Of a stretch of DNA of 64,000 nucleotides, positions 38,971-47,618 are shown one piece after another (positions within the stretch are counted from its first letter, which is position 1; every line of letters begins with the position of its first letter). The translations under genes were made by a program, and so were the position numbers. The stretch comes from an uncultured Pseudomonadales bacterium (lineage in GTDB: Bacteria; Patescibacteriota; Microgenomatia; UBA1400; UBA1396), in assembly GCA_964511175.1 (NCBI GenBank), contig CAZEEI010000005.1:3416-67415 (forward strand), written 5' to 3'. The notes below the pieces were generated by a model. That model was not told where the DNA came from. It made no database searches and saw only the letters and a program-made list of their open reading frames with translations.

Positions 38971-39660
38971 ATGGACCAACCCGGCGCGCTCGCCCCCGAA
39001 TCCGCCAGTGAAGATGCTAGCGAATCTCCAACCAACTCTATCGGGGCAACGACGGCAACCCCTCCTCCTACCGCTACGCCAGCCGGTATACCCCCTAGCA
39101 GTCTACCGGGCAGTCAAGCTTCCCTAGGTCTTCAGGAATCAATAAAATTATTTTCGCCCACGTCCTTGCTCGCTTCAATTCAAACCCAATTTCTGGGCGA
39201 AAAAACCGAAGCCCAACAAAAACAAGAACAAGCCGATTTAGCTAAAGCTCAGCGGCGCGCGGAAACAGAGCGTCAAGCTTTCACCGCCTACCAAGAACGG
39301 CAAAAGGCGGCCGAGCAGCAACGCGTCCAGGCTACCGTACAACTCAAAAGTCAAGCCCGCCAGTTGGGCGCTTATGATGAAAGCTCGGCCGTATTGAGCC
39401 AAACTACCGGCGGCGACCTCAGTGAACAAACGGTAGTTAATTCCGCCAGCAAAGCAGCTCGGGAAAGACAACTTAAGGAACAGCGGGCGCGGCAGATGAT
39501 GGCACAGCAACGCCACGTCAAAAAGGGTCCTCAACCGGAAGGCGGCGAAGGCAAGGTGAGTTTGGTCGACCAAATGACTACTGGCCAAGAAACAGTGACT
39601 ACACCGGCCGAAGACCAAGACGCCCTCCAACGCCAGGCTGAGCAGGCGCTTGGCGAATAA
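38971..39660 (+). CDS. hypothetical low-complexity protein (Pro/Thr-rich N-terminus, Gln/Ala/Arg-rich coiled coil)
   Basis: ATG ORF of 229 aa; compositionally biased. Confidence 0.5.
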   Translation: MDQPGALAPESASEDASESPTNSIGATTATPPPTATPAGIPPSSLPGSQASLGLQESIKLFSPTSLLASIQTQFLGEKTEAQQKQEQADLAKAQRRAETERQAFTAYQERQKAAEQQRVQATVQLKSQARQLGAYDESSAVLSQTTGGDLSEQTVVNSASKAARERQLKEQRARQMMAQQRHVKKGPQPEGGEGKVSLVDQMTTGQETVTTPAEDQDALQRQAEQALGE

Positions 39661-39679
39661 GCTTGGTAAAATAGCTCCC

Positions 39680-40441
39680 ATGTCGGCATTGCGCATAGTT
39701 GAGTTAACTGCCTCGATTAATAACCAGGAAATTTTGCACGGCCTGTCTTTAACGGTTAAACCGGGTGAAATTCACGCAGTCATGGGTCCAAATGGTGCCG
39801 GCAAGTCAACTTTAGCAGCTACTTTGGCCGGCCATCCAGCTTACCAAGTGGGCGCCACTTCACGTTTACAACTAGATCGCCACAATCTCGTGACGCTTAC
39901 GCCCGACGAACGGGCGCGGTTGGGTTTATTCCTGGCTTTCCAATATCCTACTGAAATTCCAGGTGTTTCGGTCCAAAACTTTTTGCGAGCCATGTGGGAG
40001 GCGCGGTTTGGACCACTGGGACCACAAAACCGCTATCCTTCCGTGTTAGCTTTGCGCCAATATTTAACCCAGCTGGCCCAAGAACTTTCGATCAAACCAG
40101 AATTGCTGCGACGCAACCTGAATGAGGGTTTTTCTGGTGGCGAAAGGAAGCGTCTAGAGATTTTGCAGATGGCAGTTTTTGAACCTAGGTACGCTATTTT
40201 GGATGAAACGGATTCTGGGCTGGATATCGATGCTATTAAAATTGTGGCTCAGGGAGCGCAGACTATTGTGAACCGCTTCCATACTGGCATTATTATAATT
40301 ACTCACTACCAACGTATCCTCCAATTTTTGCGGCCAGATTTTGTCCACGTTTTGGCGGGCGGCAAAATTGTGACCAGCGGTGGTGTCGAGTTAGCTGATA
40401 AACTAGAAAAGGAAGGGTACGCCCAATATCAAAACTTATGA
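39680..40441 (+). CDS. sufC: Fe-S cluster assembly ATPase SufC
   Basis: GPNGAGKSTL Walker A, ABC signature FSGGERKR, Walker B ILDETDSGLD. The supplied ORF starts at TTG 39650; ATG 39680 is used. Confidence 0.85.
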   Translation: MSALRIVELTASINNQEILHGLSLTVKPGEIHAVMGPNGAGKSTLAATLAGHPAYQVGATSRLQLDRHNLVTLTPDERARLGLFLAFQYPTEIPGVSVQNFLRAMWEARFGPLGPQNRYPSVLALRQYLTQLAQELSIKPELLRRNLNEGFSGGERKRLEILQMAVFEPRYAILDETDSGLDIDAIKIVAQGAQTIVNRFHTGIIIITHYQRILQFLRPDFVHVLAGGKIVTSGGVELADKLEKEGYAQYQNL

Positions 40442-40929
40442 ATGAATCAGTCCGTCAACCACAACAATTAACTCCTAACGTCAAACTGCTCCAAAAAATA
40501 GCCTTGGTTAGCCAGGGCAAAGTTCTCCTGTTACGCCGCGATGCGGCTTCGTTCTCCCGCCCCGGCGCTTGGGATTTACCAGGCGGCAACTCTGAATGGC
40601 CCGCCACCACTGAGCCAACGGTCAATCTGCACCAAATTGATGCTGCCAGGGAAGTAGAAGAAGAAACCGGGATTGGCCTCACACCCGACCAGTTTGCGTT
40701 GGCAAATTTAATTCATCTAGAAACCCATTTTGACCCAGAGCGACAAATCTTCACGGTTTTACTGGGTTGGCGAATAGTTTTACCTGACTCTTTTGGTCTT
40801 GAGTCGATTCGTCTTAGTCAGGAGCACACTGATTACCTTTGGAGCAAACTGGACGAAGCCAGTTTAATGGACTTTGGTGGAAATAAAGGCCAATTTATGC
40901 AACGTATTTTACAGGAAGCAGCCGCTTAA
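40438..40929 (+). CDS. NUDIX hydrolase
   Basis: Nudix box GG...REVEEETGI; the start overlaps the sufC stop (ATGA). Confidence 0.7.
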   Translation: MNESVRQPQQLTPNVKLLQKIALVSQGKVLLLRRDAASFSRPGAWDLPGGNSEWPATTEPTVNLHQIDAAREVEEETGIGLTPDQFALANLIHLETHFDPERQIFTVLLGWRIVLPDSFGLESIRLSQEHTDYLWSKLDEASLMDFGGNKGQFMQRILQEAAA

Positions 40930-40980
40930 AAATTCTTGTTTTGCGCCGTTTGGTAACTATCTCATCAGGATGTTCTGTTT

Positions 40981-41000
40981 ATTTGTACATATGTACAAAT
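40981..41000. promoter_or_regulatory. 20-bp perfect palindrome ATTTGTACATATGTACAAAT (candidate operator), copy 1
   Basis: Exact self-complementary 20-mer; identical to 60798-60817. With flanks the match extends to a 24-mer GTTTATTTGTACATATGTACAAAT plus a shared GAACA at +6..+10. Overlaps the putative promoter and start of the downstream two-gene cassette. Confidence 0.6.
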
Positions 41001-41281
41001 TCTCTGAACACGATAAAAAGGCACTCTATCTGCGTCGTGGTCTAGAAACCAGAATCATCTCAGCAGGTGAATTTAGGCAAGATATGTTTATTTTACACCG
41101 CCAATTTTTGCACCCTCACACCGAGCAACAATATCTCATTGTTGTGCGTAATATGAAGGAAGGACATGACATGTTTCTCGTTACTCCTCTAGATCCGCTT
41201 GGCCGTTTTGAAGTACAAGAGTATATGAATTATGTTCAATCCGAATTAACCTATTACCGACAAAAGGGGTTGTTACCATGA
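40991..41281 (+). CDS. small hypothetical protein, putative antitoxin-like partner of the downstream PIN-like gene
   Basis: First ATG lies at the palindrome centre (leaderless?); alternative ATG 41084. The stop overlaps the next start (ATGA at 41278). The supplied ORF starts at TTG 40874. Confidence 0.35.
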   Translation: MYKFSEHDKKALYLRRGLETRIISAGEFRQDMFILHRQFLHPHTEQQYLIVVRNMKEGHDMFLVTPLDPLGRFEVQEYMNYVQSELTYYRQKGLLP

Positions 41282-41658
41282 CTGGCGGTCTTCTCGTAGA
41301 CGAAGTTGCCTTTCTTTATCTGGCACAACAGCGAAATAGGGCCTACCGCAACTTGCTGCGCGAAAGCTTTCAGAATAATGCCGCTTTATACCTTCTGCCG
41401 GAAGTGGTTTTATACCTCTACCAACACCAAAATTTAAACTTGCCTCTCAGTGTTTTTGAACCGTTTCGGTTGCTAACCCCAGAAACAGCCGTATTGGTCG
41501 GAGCTTGCCGCTGGGCCGTCAAAAAACAACTGCCACTACACCGAGCCTTAATTATTTATGCGGCCCACTTCTATCGCACTAGGGTAGCAATTATCGATTA
41601 CCACCTTTATGGTGGTTTGGGTCTGCCACACCACTATCGGCATTACATTAGCGGGTAG
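41278..41658 (+). CDS. PIN-domain-like (VapC-like) protein candidate
   Basis: 126 aa with an acidic residue pattern compatible with PIN: D8 (LLVDEVAF), E42 (LLPEVV), D107 (AIIDYH). Translationally coupled to the upstream small ORF. Confidence 0.4.
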   Translation: MTGGLLVDEVAFLYLAQQRNRAYRNLLRESFQNNAALYLLPEVVLYLYQHQNLNLPLSVFEPFRLLTPETAVLVGACRWAVKKQLPLHRALIIYAAHFYRTRVAIIDYHLYGGLGLPHHYRHYISG

Positions 41659-41674
41659 CAGGTACAATACACCC

Positions 41675-43105
41675 ATGGCGCGCTTTGCCCCTATCCACAG
41701 TCAGACTCCAGTCAACAATTTGACTGATCAGCCATATGAACATGGTTATTCTTTTAGTACCGCCGATTATGCCCTTATTACGGAACCGGGAATCAACCAA
41801 CGCATTGTGGAATTAATTAGCCACCATAAGAATGAACCGGATTGGATGCGTCGGCTTCGCCTGGATGCCTTACACCAATTCTTGGCTAAACCTTTGCCGA
41901 CTTGGGGAGCCGATTTGTCGGGCATTAATTTTGATACCCTTCACTACTATCTTCGGCCGCTCAGTCAAGCGGCTAAAACTTGGGCGGAAGTACCGGCGGA
42001 CATCAAAACCACTTTCGAACGGATTGGCGTACCGAAAGCTGAACGGGAATACTTAGCCGGGGTCAAAATGCAGTACGACAGCGAGGTGGTGTATGGTTCG
42101 CTGAAAAAACAGTGGGAACAAGACGGCGTTATTTTCCTGTCTATGGACGAAGGACTAGCGCAATATCCCGACTTGGTGCGGGAGTATTTTGGCAGAATTA
42201 TTCCAGCCGGCGATAACAAATTTGCCGCTCTCAACACCGCCGTTTGGAGCGGCGGATCATTCGTTTACGTGCCGCCTGGCGTAGAAGTAAAAATGCCTCT
42301 CCAAACCTACTTTCGCATTAATGCCCGTAGTGCCGGCCAGTTTGAGCGTACTTTGGTTATTGTCGACGAGGGCGCCAAAGTTCACTACCAAGAAGGCTGC
42401 ACTGCTCCTTCTTTTACGGAAAGCTCTCTGCACGCAGCGGTCGTGGAGATTATTGTAAAAAAGGGTGCTCGCTGCCAGTACACCACCGTCCAAAATTGGT
42501 ACAAAAATGTTTACAACCTAGTGACCAAGCGAGCCAAAGTGGCGGCGGAGGGGACTATGGTCTGGACCGACTTCAACCTGGGCTCAAAAGTAACGATGAA
42601 ATATCCTGGGTTTATCTTGGCCGGCGCCGGTGCAACCGGAGAAGTTTTATCCATGGCCATCGCCGGCGCCGGCCAGCACCAAGACACCGGCAGTAAGGCC
42701 ATTCATCTGGCTCCGCACACCAGTTCGACTATCGTCGCCAAATCGATTAGTAAGGATGGCGGGCGGGCGGGCTATCGTGGTCTAGTTCACGTCAGCCCGC
42801 CCGCCCACCACAGCAAAAACAAAGTCGTCTGCGACGCTCTCATTTTGGATCCGCGCAGCCGCAGCGACACCTATCCCACACAGCGCGTCTATACCAGCCA
42901 AGTACAGTTAGAGCACGAAGCCACCGTCAGCCGCATTGGTGAAGAACAGCTTTTTTACCTAATGAGCCGCGGCCTCACCGAAGAAGCGGCTGGTAAAATG
43001 ATCGTTCGGGGTTTTGCTGAACCATTGGTTAAGAAACTACCGCTCGAGTACGCAGTGGAAATGAATCGCCTCATCGACCTGGAAATGGAGGGATCCATTG
43101 GTTAA
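41675..43105 (+). CDS. sufB: Fe-S cluster assembly protein SufB
   Basis: About 477 aa with the SufB/SufD beta-helix core; alternative longer start ATG 41609. Confidence 0.85.
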   Translation: MARFAPIHSQTPVNNLTDQPYEHGYSFSTADYALITEPGINQRIVELISHHKNEPDWMRRLRLDALHQFLAKPLPTWGADLSGINFDTLHYYLRPLSQAAKTWAEVPADIKTTFERIGVPKAEREYLAGVKMQYDSEVVYGSLKKQWEQDGVIFLSMDEGLAQYPDLVREYFGRIIPAGDNKFAALNTAVWSGGSFVYVPPGVEVKMPLQTYFRINARSAGQFERTLVIVDEGAKVHYQEGCTAPSFTESSLHAAVVEIIVKKGARCQYTTVQNWYKNVYNLVTKRAKVAAEGTMVWTDFNLGSKVTMKYPGFILAGAGATGEVLSMAIAGAGQHQDTGSKAIHLAPHTSSTIVAKSISKDGGRAGYRGLVHVSPPAHHSKNKVVCDALILDPRSRSDTYPTQRVYTSQVQLEHEATVSRIGEEQLFYLMSRGLTEEAAGKMIVRGFAEPLVKKLPLEYAVEMNRLIDLEMEGSIG

Positions 43106-43610
43106 AGTTTTCACCATCAACTCGGCTGATCAGTTACACGTCATTAAGCTGGTTCGATCCGGCCACTACCGTGTCGAAATTAAGGCCGAGGGAGCGCGAG
43201 TGGAAATCAGGGGTGATTGGCTGGTGCGAGGTAAAACCAAAACTGCCATCACACTGGAGGTCATCCACGCGGCGCGGCACACCCATTCTAATACTCTGCT
43301 ACGCGGGGTAGTCGACGACCAAGCCCAGCTGCAACTCCAAGGCACGATCATTGTCGAACCTGGCGCTCAAGATACCAACGCTTTCCTCACGGAAAATATT
43401 CTCCTACTCAGCGACCGGGCCGTAGCTCATGCCATACCCAACCTGGAAATTAGCGCCAACGAAGTAAAGTGTTCCCACGCGGCCACCGTTAGCCCGATTC
43501 CGGAAGAGTACTTGTTTTATCTCCAGTCGCGCGGGCTGACCCGGAAAACGGCACAAAAAATGATTGTGGATGGTTTTTTGGCAAAAACTACCGCAAACTC
43601 GCCGGCCTAA
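43098..43610 (+). CDS. SufD-like Fe-S assembly protein, truncated (170 aa)
   Basis: Resembles the SufD C-terminal region (LLSDRAVAHAIPNLEI...). The TTG start overlaps the sufB stop. Confidence 0.55.
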   Translation: MVKVFTINSADQLHVIKLVRSGHYRVEIKAEGARVEIRGDWLVRGKTKTAITLEVIHAARHTHSNTLLRGVVDDQAQLQLQGTIIVEPGAQDTNAFLTENILLLSDRAVAHAIPNLEISANEVKCSHAATVSPIPEEYLFYLQSRGLTRKTAQKMIVDGFLAKTTANSPA

Positions 43611-45099
43611 AACCCACCCGGCGTCGTTGTCGCCTGCCGGTTTCGCGCACTTCCTCTTGATTGTCTTTTTGCTTCGCCAATGCCTCCACTACCATAGCGT
43701 GATTAACTAACATCGGCTTTTTGCGCCGCGACTCATCCAATAACAACTGTTCATTAACTTGGAAAAGTGCCTGTTCCAAAGCGGCGGCTAATTCAGCCTG
43801 GGCCACATCCTCACTCACCGTAGCCAATTCGTCCCAATGCAGACGACCGAAAATCTTACGTCTAGCCTTACGCTCTAATCGTTGGACATGCAATCGCAAT
43901 ACTTGTTTTCTTTCCTCAAAGGTGGGTAATTCAAAAGTGAAAACCCGGCTACCAAATCGGCCAGCCCGGTAGAGAGCGGGGTCGAGGTTATCCTTCCGGT
44001 TAGTAGCGGCAACCACTAGGTAGTTATTACCGGCAGTCGCGCCACCAACATATCCCAACATTTGATTCATAGCCGCGGTTCGATACTCATTAGTACTATG
44101 ACCACGCGCACTAAACAAAAGATCTAAATCATCGAAAAAGATAATGGAAAATACTCCGGGAAGCTGTCCCTTAGCATCATTAAAGATGGTTTGGATATTT
44201 CTTTCTAAATCGCCCACTAAGCCGCCAATATAAAATGAGGAATCAACCAAAACAAAACGGCATCTAGCTTGATTAGCCAGGGCTTCAATCATTAGAGTTT
44301 TACCTGTTCCTGGCGGACCAACCAACAAGATACCCGGGGGCAATTCAACTCCTAACTGCTCCCGACGCTGAGGATCGGCAATGGCCCTAGCCAGGGCCAT
44401 CATGCTACGCACAATTTCCCGATTACCAACAATGTCGTGAAAAGTATGTTTCGGCTCAATTGGACTAAGCGACCAAACCGGTTTTTCAGCCTTCTTGCTC
44501 GGTGGTTCAGGTGACGCTTTTTTTACCTCAGACTCAGCTTTGACTGTTTTGGGCTGTCTAGTCTTTAGGTCTAATTCATATACATTCGAAGAGGGCAGAG
44601 CTCCATATTCATTGTAAGCAAAATAAATCATGGTCGCGAGAAAAGTGACTAATTCGTTTAATATGCGTCTCACTTCAGCAACCTCGGGCTTACCATTCAC
44701 CATGATGCGCAGCCCATTATGCAGGCTATTTTCCAGAATAAACTGCGTCCCGGAACGACTTTGAAAAACCGGAAAACCGTGTACCAGTTTCAGCTCATAC
44801 GCCTTACTTAGAGCCATTATTAAAGGCTGAAAATCAATCGAGGGAATTTCCTCATAGTAAGGATTAACCTGGGTTACAATCTGAAAACCCCGCTCGGTAG
44901 GTATTATGTCCGACTGCAGTAAATTGATCGGATCACAATCCTCATAGTACTGGAAACCAATCGTATGTGGGTAGCCATCCTGAATAACTTGCAGATACTC
45001 CCGAGGATGACCAAATAATCTTACGTGAAATTCTGACTGTGGCGCTTTTTCTGGAGAAGTATGTTTAGTCCCTGTCTCTAACCGATTTTGTCCTGCCAT
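43588..45099 (-). CDS. AAA+ ATPase with unknown N-terminal domain
   Basis: GILLVGPPGTGKTL Walker A, FFDDLD Walker B, and a second region of homology with an Arg finger; 503 aa. Confidence 0.75.
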   Translation of the reverse strand: MAGQNRLETGTKHTSPEKAPQSEFHVRLFGHPREYLQVIQDGYPHTIGFQYYEDCDPINLLQSDIIPTERGFQIVTQVNPYYEEIPSIDFQPLIMALSKAYELKLVHGFPVFQSRSGTQFILENSLHNGLRIMVNGKPEVAEVRRILNELVTFLATMIYFAYNEYGALPSSNVYELDLKTRQPKTVKAESEVKKASPEPPSKKAEKPVWSLSPIEPKHTFHDIVGNREIVRSMMALARAIADPQRREQLGVELPPGILLVGPPGTGKTLMIEALANQARCRFVLVDSSFYIGGLVGDLERNIQTIFNDAKGQLPGVFSIIFFDDLDLLFSARGHSTNEYRTAAMNQMLGYVGGATAGNNYLVVAATNRKDNLDPALYRAGRFGSRVFTFELPTFEERKQVLRLHVQRLERKARRKIFGRLHWDELATVSEDVAQAELAAALEQALFQVNEQLLLDESRRKKPMLVNHAMVVEALAKQKDNQEEVRETGRRQRRRVGFRPASLR

Positions 45100-45149
45100 T
45101 ATCTGGTTCTCCTGCGTAGTCCGCTAAATTGTTAGAAGTTTACCACCCT

Positions 45150-45362
45150 CGACTGAACGCGCAAGCATCAGATTGGTAATTGTGTTAGAATTAAGGAACA
45201 ACTAACAACAACGTTAACTTGGCTTCCAACCAGGGAGTTGGCCGGGGTCGCAACCGGTTCGGGTAAGCCCGTCACAGCCGGAATAAGTAGCAAACGGTGG
45301 CACCTTCGTCCCGAACCGTGCAGGGGAAATGGGAGGGTGCCTTTTTAGCACTCTCTATAGTC
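45150..45362 (+). promoter_or_regulatory. candidate T-box riboswitch leader of serS (Ser-specific)
   Basis: AAACGGUGGCACC matches the T-box consensus AnnnGGGUGGnACC, with UGGC complementary to the tRNA-Ser 3' end GCCA (discriminator G). A terminator GGCACC..UCCC / GGGAGGGUGCC plus UUUUU lies immediately before the serS SD. UCC-A occurs in the upstream stem region. Confidence 0.35.
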
Positions 45363-45392
45363 GACTGCTAACAAAACAGCAAAGGAGAAAAG

Positions 45393-46682
45393 GTGCTAGA
45401 CATCAATTTTATTCGAACAAAACCCGAAGAACTGCGCCAAGCGGCGCGGGATAAGCAGCTGGATCCCAGTGTCATTGACCGCGTCCTGGATTTGGACGGC
45501 CAGCGGCGGGAATTACTAAGCCAGGTGGAAGAACTACGCCATCGGGCAAATGACCTCCAAGACCAAATCAAAGGCCGCCAACCCAGCGAGGGTGAAATCG
45601 CCGCTGGCCGCCAACTAAAAGAACAACTGCGGGAAGTGGAACCGACACTACGTTTGGTTGAGGAAGAACTCGCTGCCGCCCTGTATGCCGTACCCAATCC
45701 GGCCAGCAGCGACACACCCGTGGGACCAAACGAAAGCGGCAATGTGGAAGTACGGCAAGTCGGCACCAAACCTGCCTTCGACTTTGCCCCCAAAACCCAT
45801 GACGAACTACTCACCGAACTAGGTTTATTGGACACCAAACGCGCCGTCAAAATCGCCGGCACCCGCTCGTATTTTCTGAAGGGAAAACTGCTTTTGCTGG
45901 AACAAGCCATTCTGCAGTACGCCCTGCACTTCATGGTCGAACAAGGCTTCACCCCGTTTGGCGTGCCAGTGATGGTTAAGCACGAAGCCTTCATGAACAC
46001 TGGCTATGGTCCGTGGGGAATGGACGATATTTTCAGCATCGGTAATCCGGAAAAAGAAGGCGACTGGCGCGGCCTAGTGGGCACCGCCGAAGTACCCCTT
46101 ACCGCTTATTACCAAGGTGAAGTCCTGCGCGAAGCCGATCTGCCCATGCGGATGGTAGGCATTAGTCCCTGTTTCCGCAAAGAGGTGGGCTCTTACGGCA
46201 AAGACACTAAGGGTATGTTCCGCGTCCACACCTTCACTAAGGTCGAACAAGTGGTTTATACCATCGCTGATGAAGAGGTAACGCGAGCTTGGCACGACAA
46301 GATGCTAGGCTACGCCGAACAGCTCCTCCAAAATCTCGGTTTGGCTTACCACGTTTTGCTCATGTGCACTGGCGACATGGGGGCCGGCCAACGACGCAAG
46401 TACGACATCGAAACTTGGTTCCCGGGACAAAACGCCTACCGCGAAACCCATTCGGACAGTTACTTTAACGATTTTCAGGCGCGGCGGCTGAATATCCGTT
46501 ACCAAGCGCAGGACGGCAGTCTCAAATACGTCTATACCATTAACAATACGGTTGCGGCCACGCCGCGCCTGCTGGCCGCGGTGGTAGAAAACTACCAACA
46601 AGCGGATGGTTCGATTGTGGTACCGGCAGTACTGCGCCCACTGACTGGCTTCGATCGGATTGAGGCGAAAAACCTGATGTAG
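45393..46682 (+). CDS. serS: serine--tRNA ligase
   Basis: N-terminal coiled-coil arm plus class II core; GTG start with an AAGGAG SD. Confidence 0.9.
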   Translation: MLDINFIRTKPEELRQAARDKQLDPSVIDRVLDLDGQRRELLSQVEELRHRANDLQDQIKGRQPSEGEIAAGRQLKEQLREVEPTLRLVEEELAAALYAVPNPASSDTPVGPNESGNVEVRQVGTKPAFDFAPKTHDELLTELGLLDTKRAVKIAGTRSYFLKGKLLLLEQAILQYALHFMVEQGFTPFGVPVMVKHEAFMNTGYGPWGMDDIFSIGNPEKEGDWRGLVGTAEVPLTAYYQGEVLREADLPMRMVGISPCFRKEVGSYGKDTKGMFRVHTFTKVEQVVYTIADEEVTRAWHDKMLGYAEQLLQNLGLAYHVLLMCTGDMGAGQRRKYDIETWFPGQNAYRETHSDSYFNDFQARRLNIRYQAQDGSLKYVYTINNTVAATPRLLAAVVENYQQADGSIVVPAVLRPLTGFDRIEAKNLM

Positions 46683-46726
46683 TTGATGTCTTATGATATA
46701 CTTTGGCAAGCAAAAGATAAGTGGTT

Positions 46727-47125
46727 ATGCCAAAACATCGTCATGTTTCGATTGAACCAGAAACCCTACGGGCTACTGTTGTTGATTTTTCTCTCCCACC
46801 TGACTCACAATGTGGTTTAAGTTTCAGAAATTGGTTATTGGGATTTGCTCAAGAACATGGATTACCGATAGCTCTATATCCAAATGACGTTGCAGTACAA
46901 CCGGTTCTGGATTGGATAAGACAGAATCATCCAGATGAGTCCAACTTTCTCGTTTGGATCGATAGTTTAAGGATATTTGTCCAACACGACCGAGAGTTGA
47001 TTAACCAGTGTTTAACTAGGGGGTGGCCGAATAGGAATTATTCTACTATAACTAACCAGCGCAATTATATTGCGTGGGTTAATTTACAACTAGAAGTTAT
47101 TGACAATTACAACGCTATACCGTAA
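46727..47125 (+). CDS. hypothetical protein
   Basis: ATG 46727 (supplied GTG 46721); no motif. Confidence 0.45.
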   Translation: MPKHRHVSIEPETLRATVVDFSLPPDSQCGLSFRNWLLGFAQEHGLPIALYPNDVAVQPVLDWIRQNHPDESNFLVWIDSLRIFVQHDRELINQCLTRGWPNRNYSTITNQRNYIAWVNLQLEVIDNYNAIP

Positions 47126-47151
47126 CTTTACCGAAAAGCAGAAAGGCACCC

Positions 47152-47544
47152 ATGGCGTCACCAGATCGATTAGGTTTATCACCAGATTCGCTGGATATTC
47201 TCCCTAATCTGCAGCGTAATCTAGGCAAAGCCATTCGGCTTTATGTTGAACGAATTGCCCAGGAAAACCAGTGTCTGGTAGGCAAAGACGAAATAGATGG
47301 CAGTTTAAATATCAAATCAATTGTGCGTTTTCTGCGACTGCTTAACTATCATGGCTACTATACCCGTTTCGTCGATTCAAAAGTGCTAATGGGGACTACG
47401 GTTGAGGCCCACTTTATTATTGAAGACCGCAATGGTTCAGCGGCAATTAGTACTGAAGTGACATTTATTTCCGAAGATTTAAATGACTATGTCGTTTATG
47501 GCCTTGGCAAAATACCTGATAAAAAACCTAAAAAACGGCGCTGA
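47152..47544 (+). CDS. hypothetical protein with Lys-rich C-terminus
   Basis: ATG ORF, 130 aa. Confidence 0.45.
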   Translation: MASPDRLGLSPDSLDILPNLQRNLGKAIRLYVERIAQENQCLVGKDEIDGSLNIKSIVRFLRLLNYHGYYTRFVDSKVLMGTTVEAHFIIEDRNGSAAISTEVTFISEDLNDYVVYGLGKIPDKKPKKRR

Positions 47545-47618
47545 AATCATTAAATATCCAAACCAGATAGGGAAATGCCCCTATCCGGGCGGTTCGCCGA
47601 GGGTTATAATCAACTTCC

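Noticed and set aside
45270-45300. Resemblance of GUCACAGCCGGAAUAAGUAGCA to the SRP RNA (4.5S) domain IV motif GUCAGGUCCGGAAGGAAGCAGC
   Set aside because: The flanking bases cannot form the conserved helix-8 closing pairs around the GGAA tetraloop. The T-box-like interpretation of this leader fits better.
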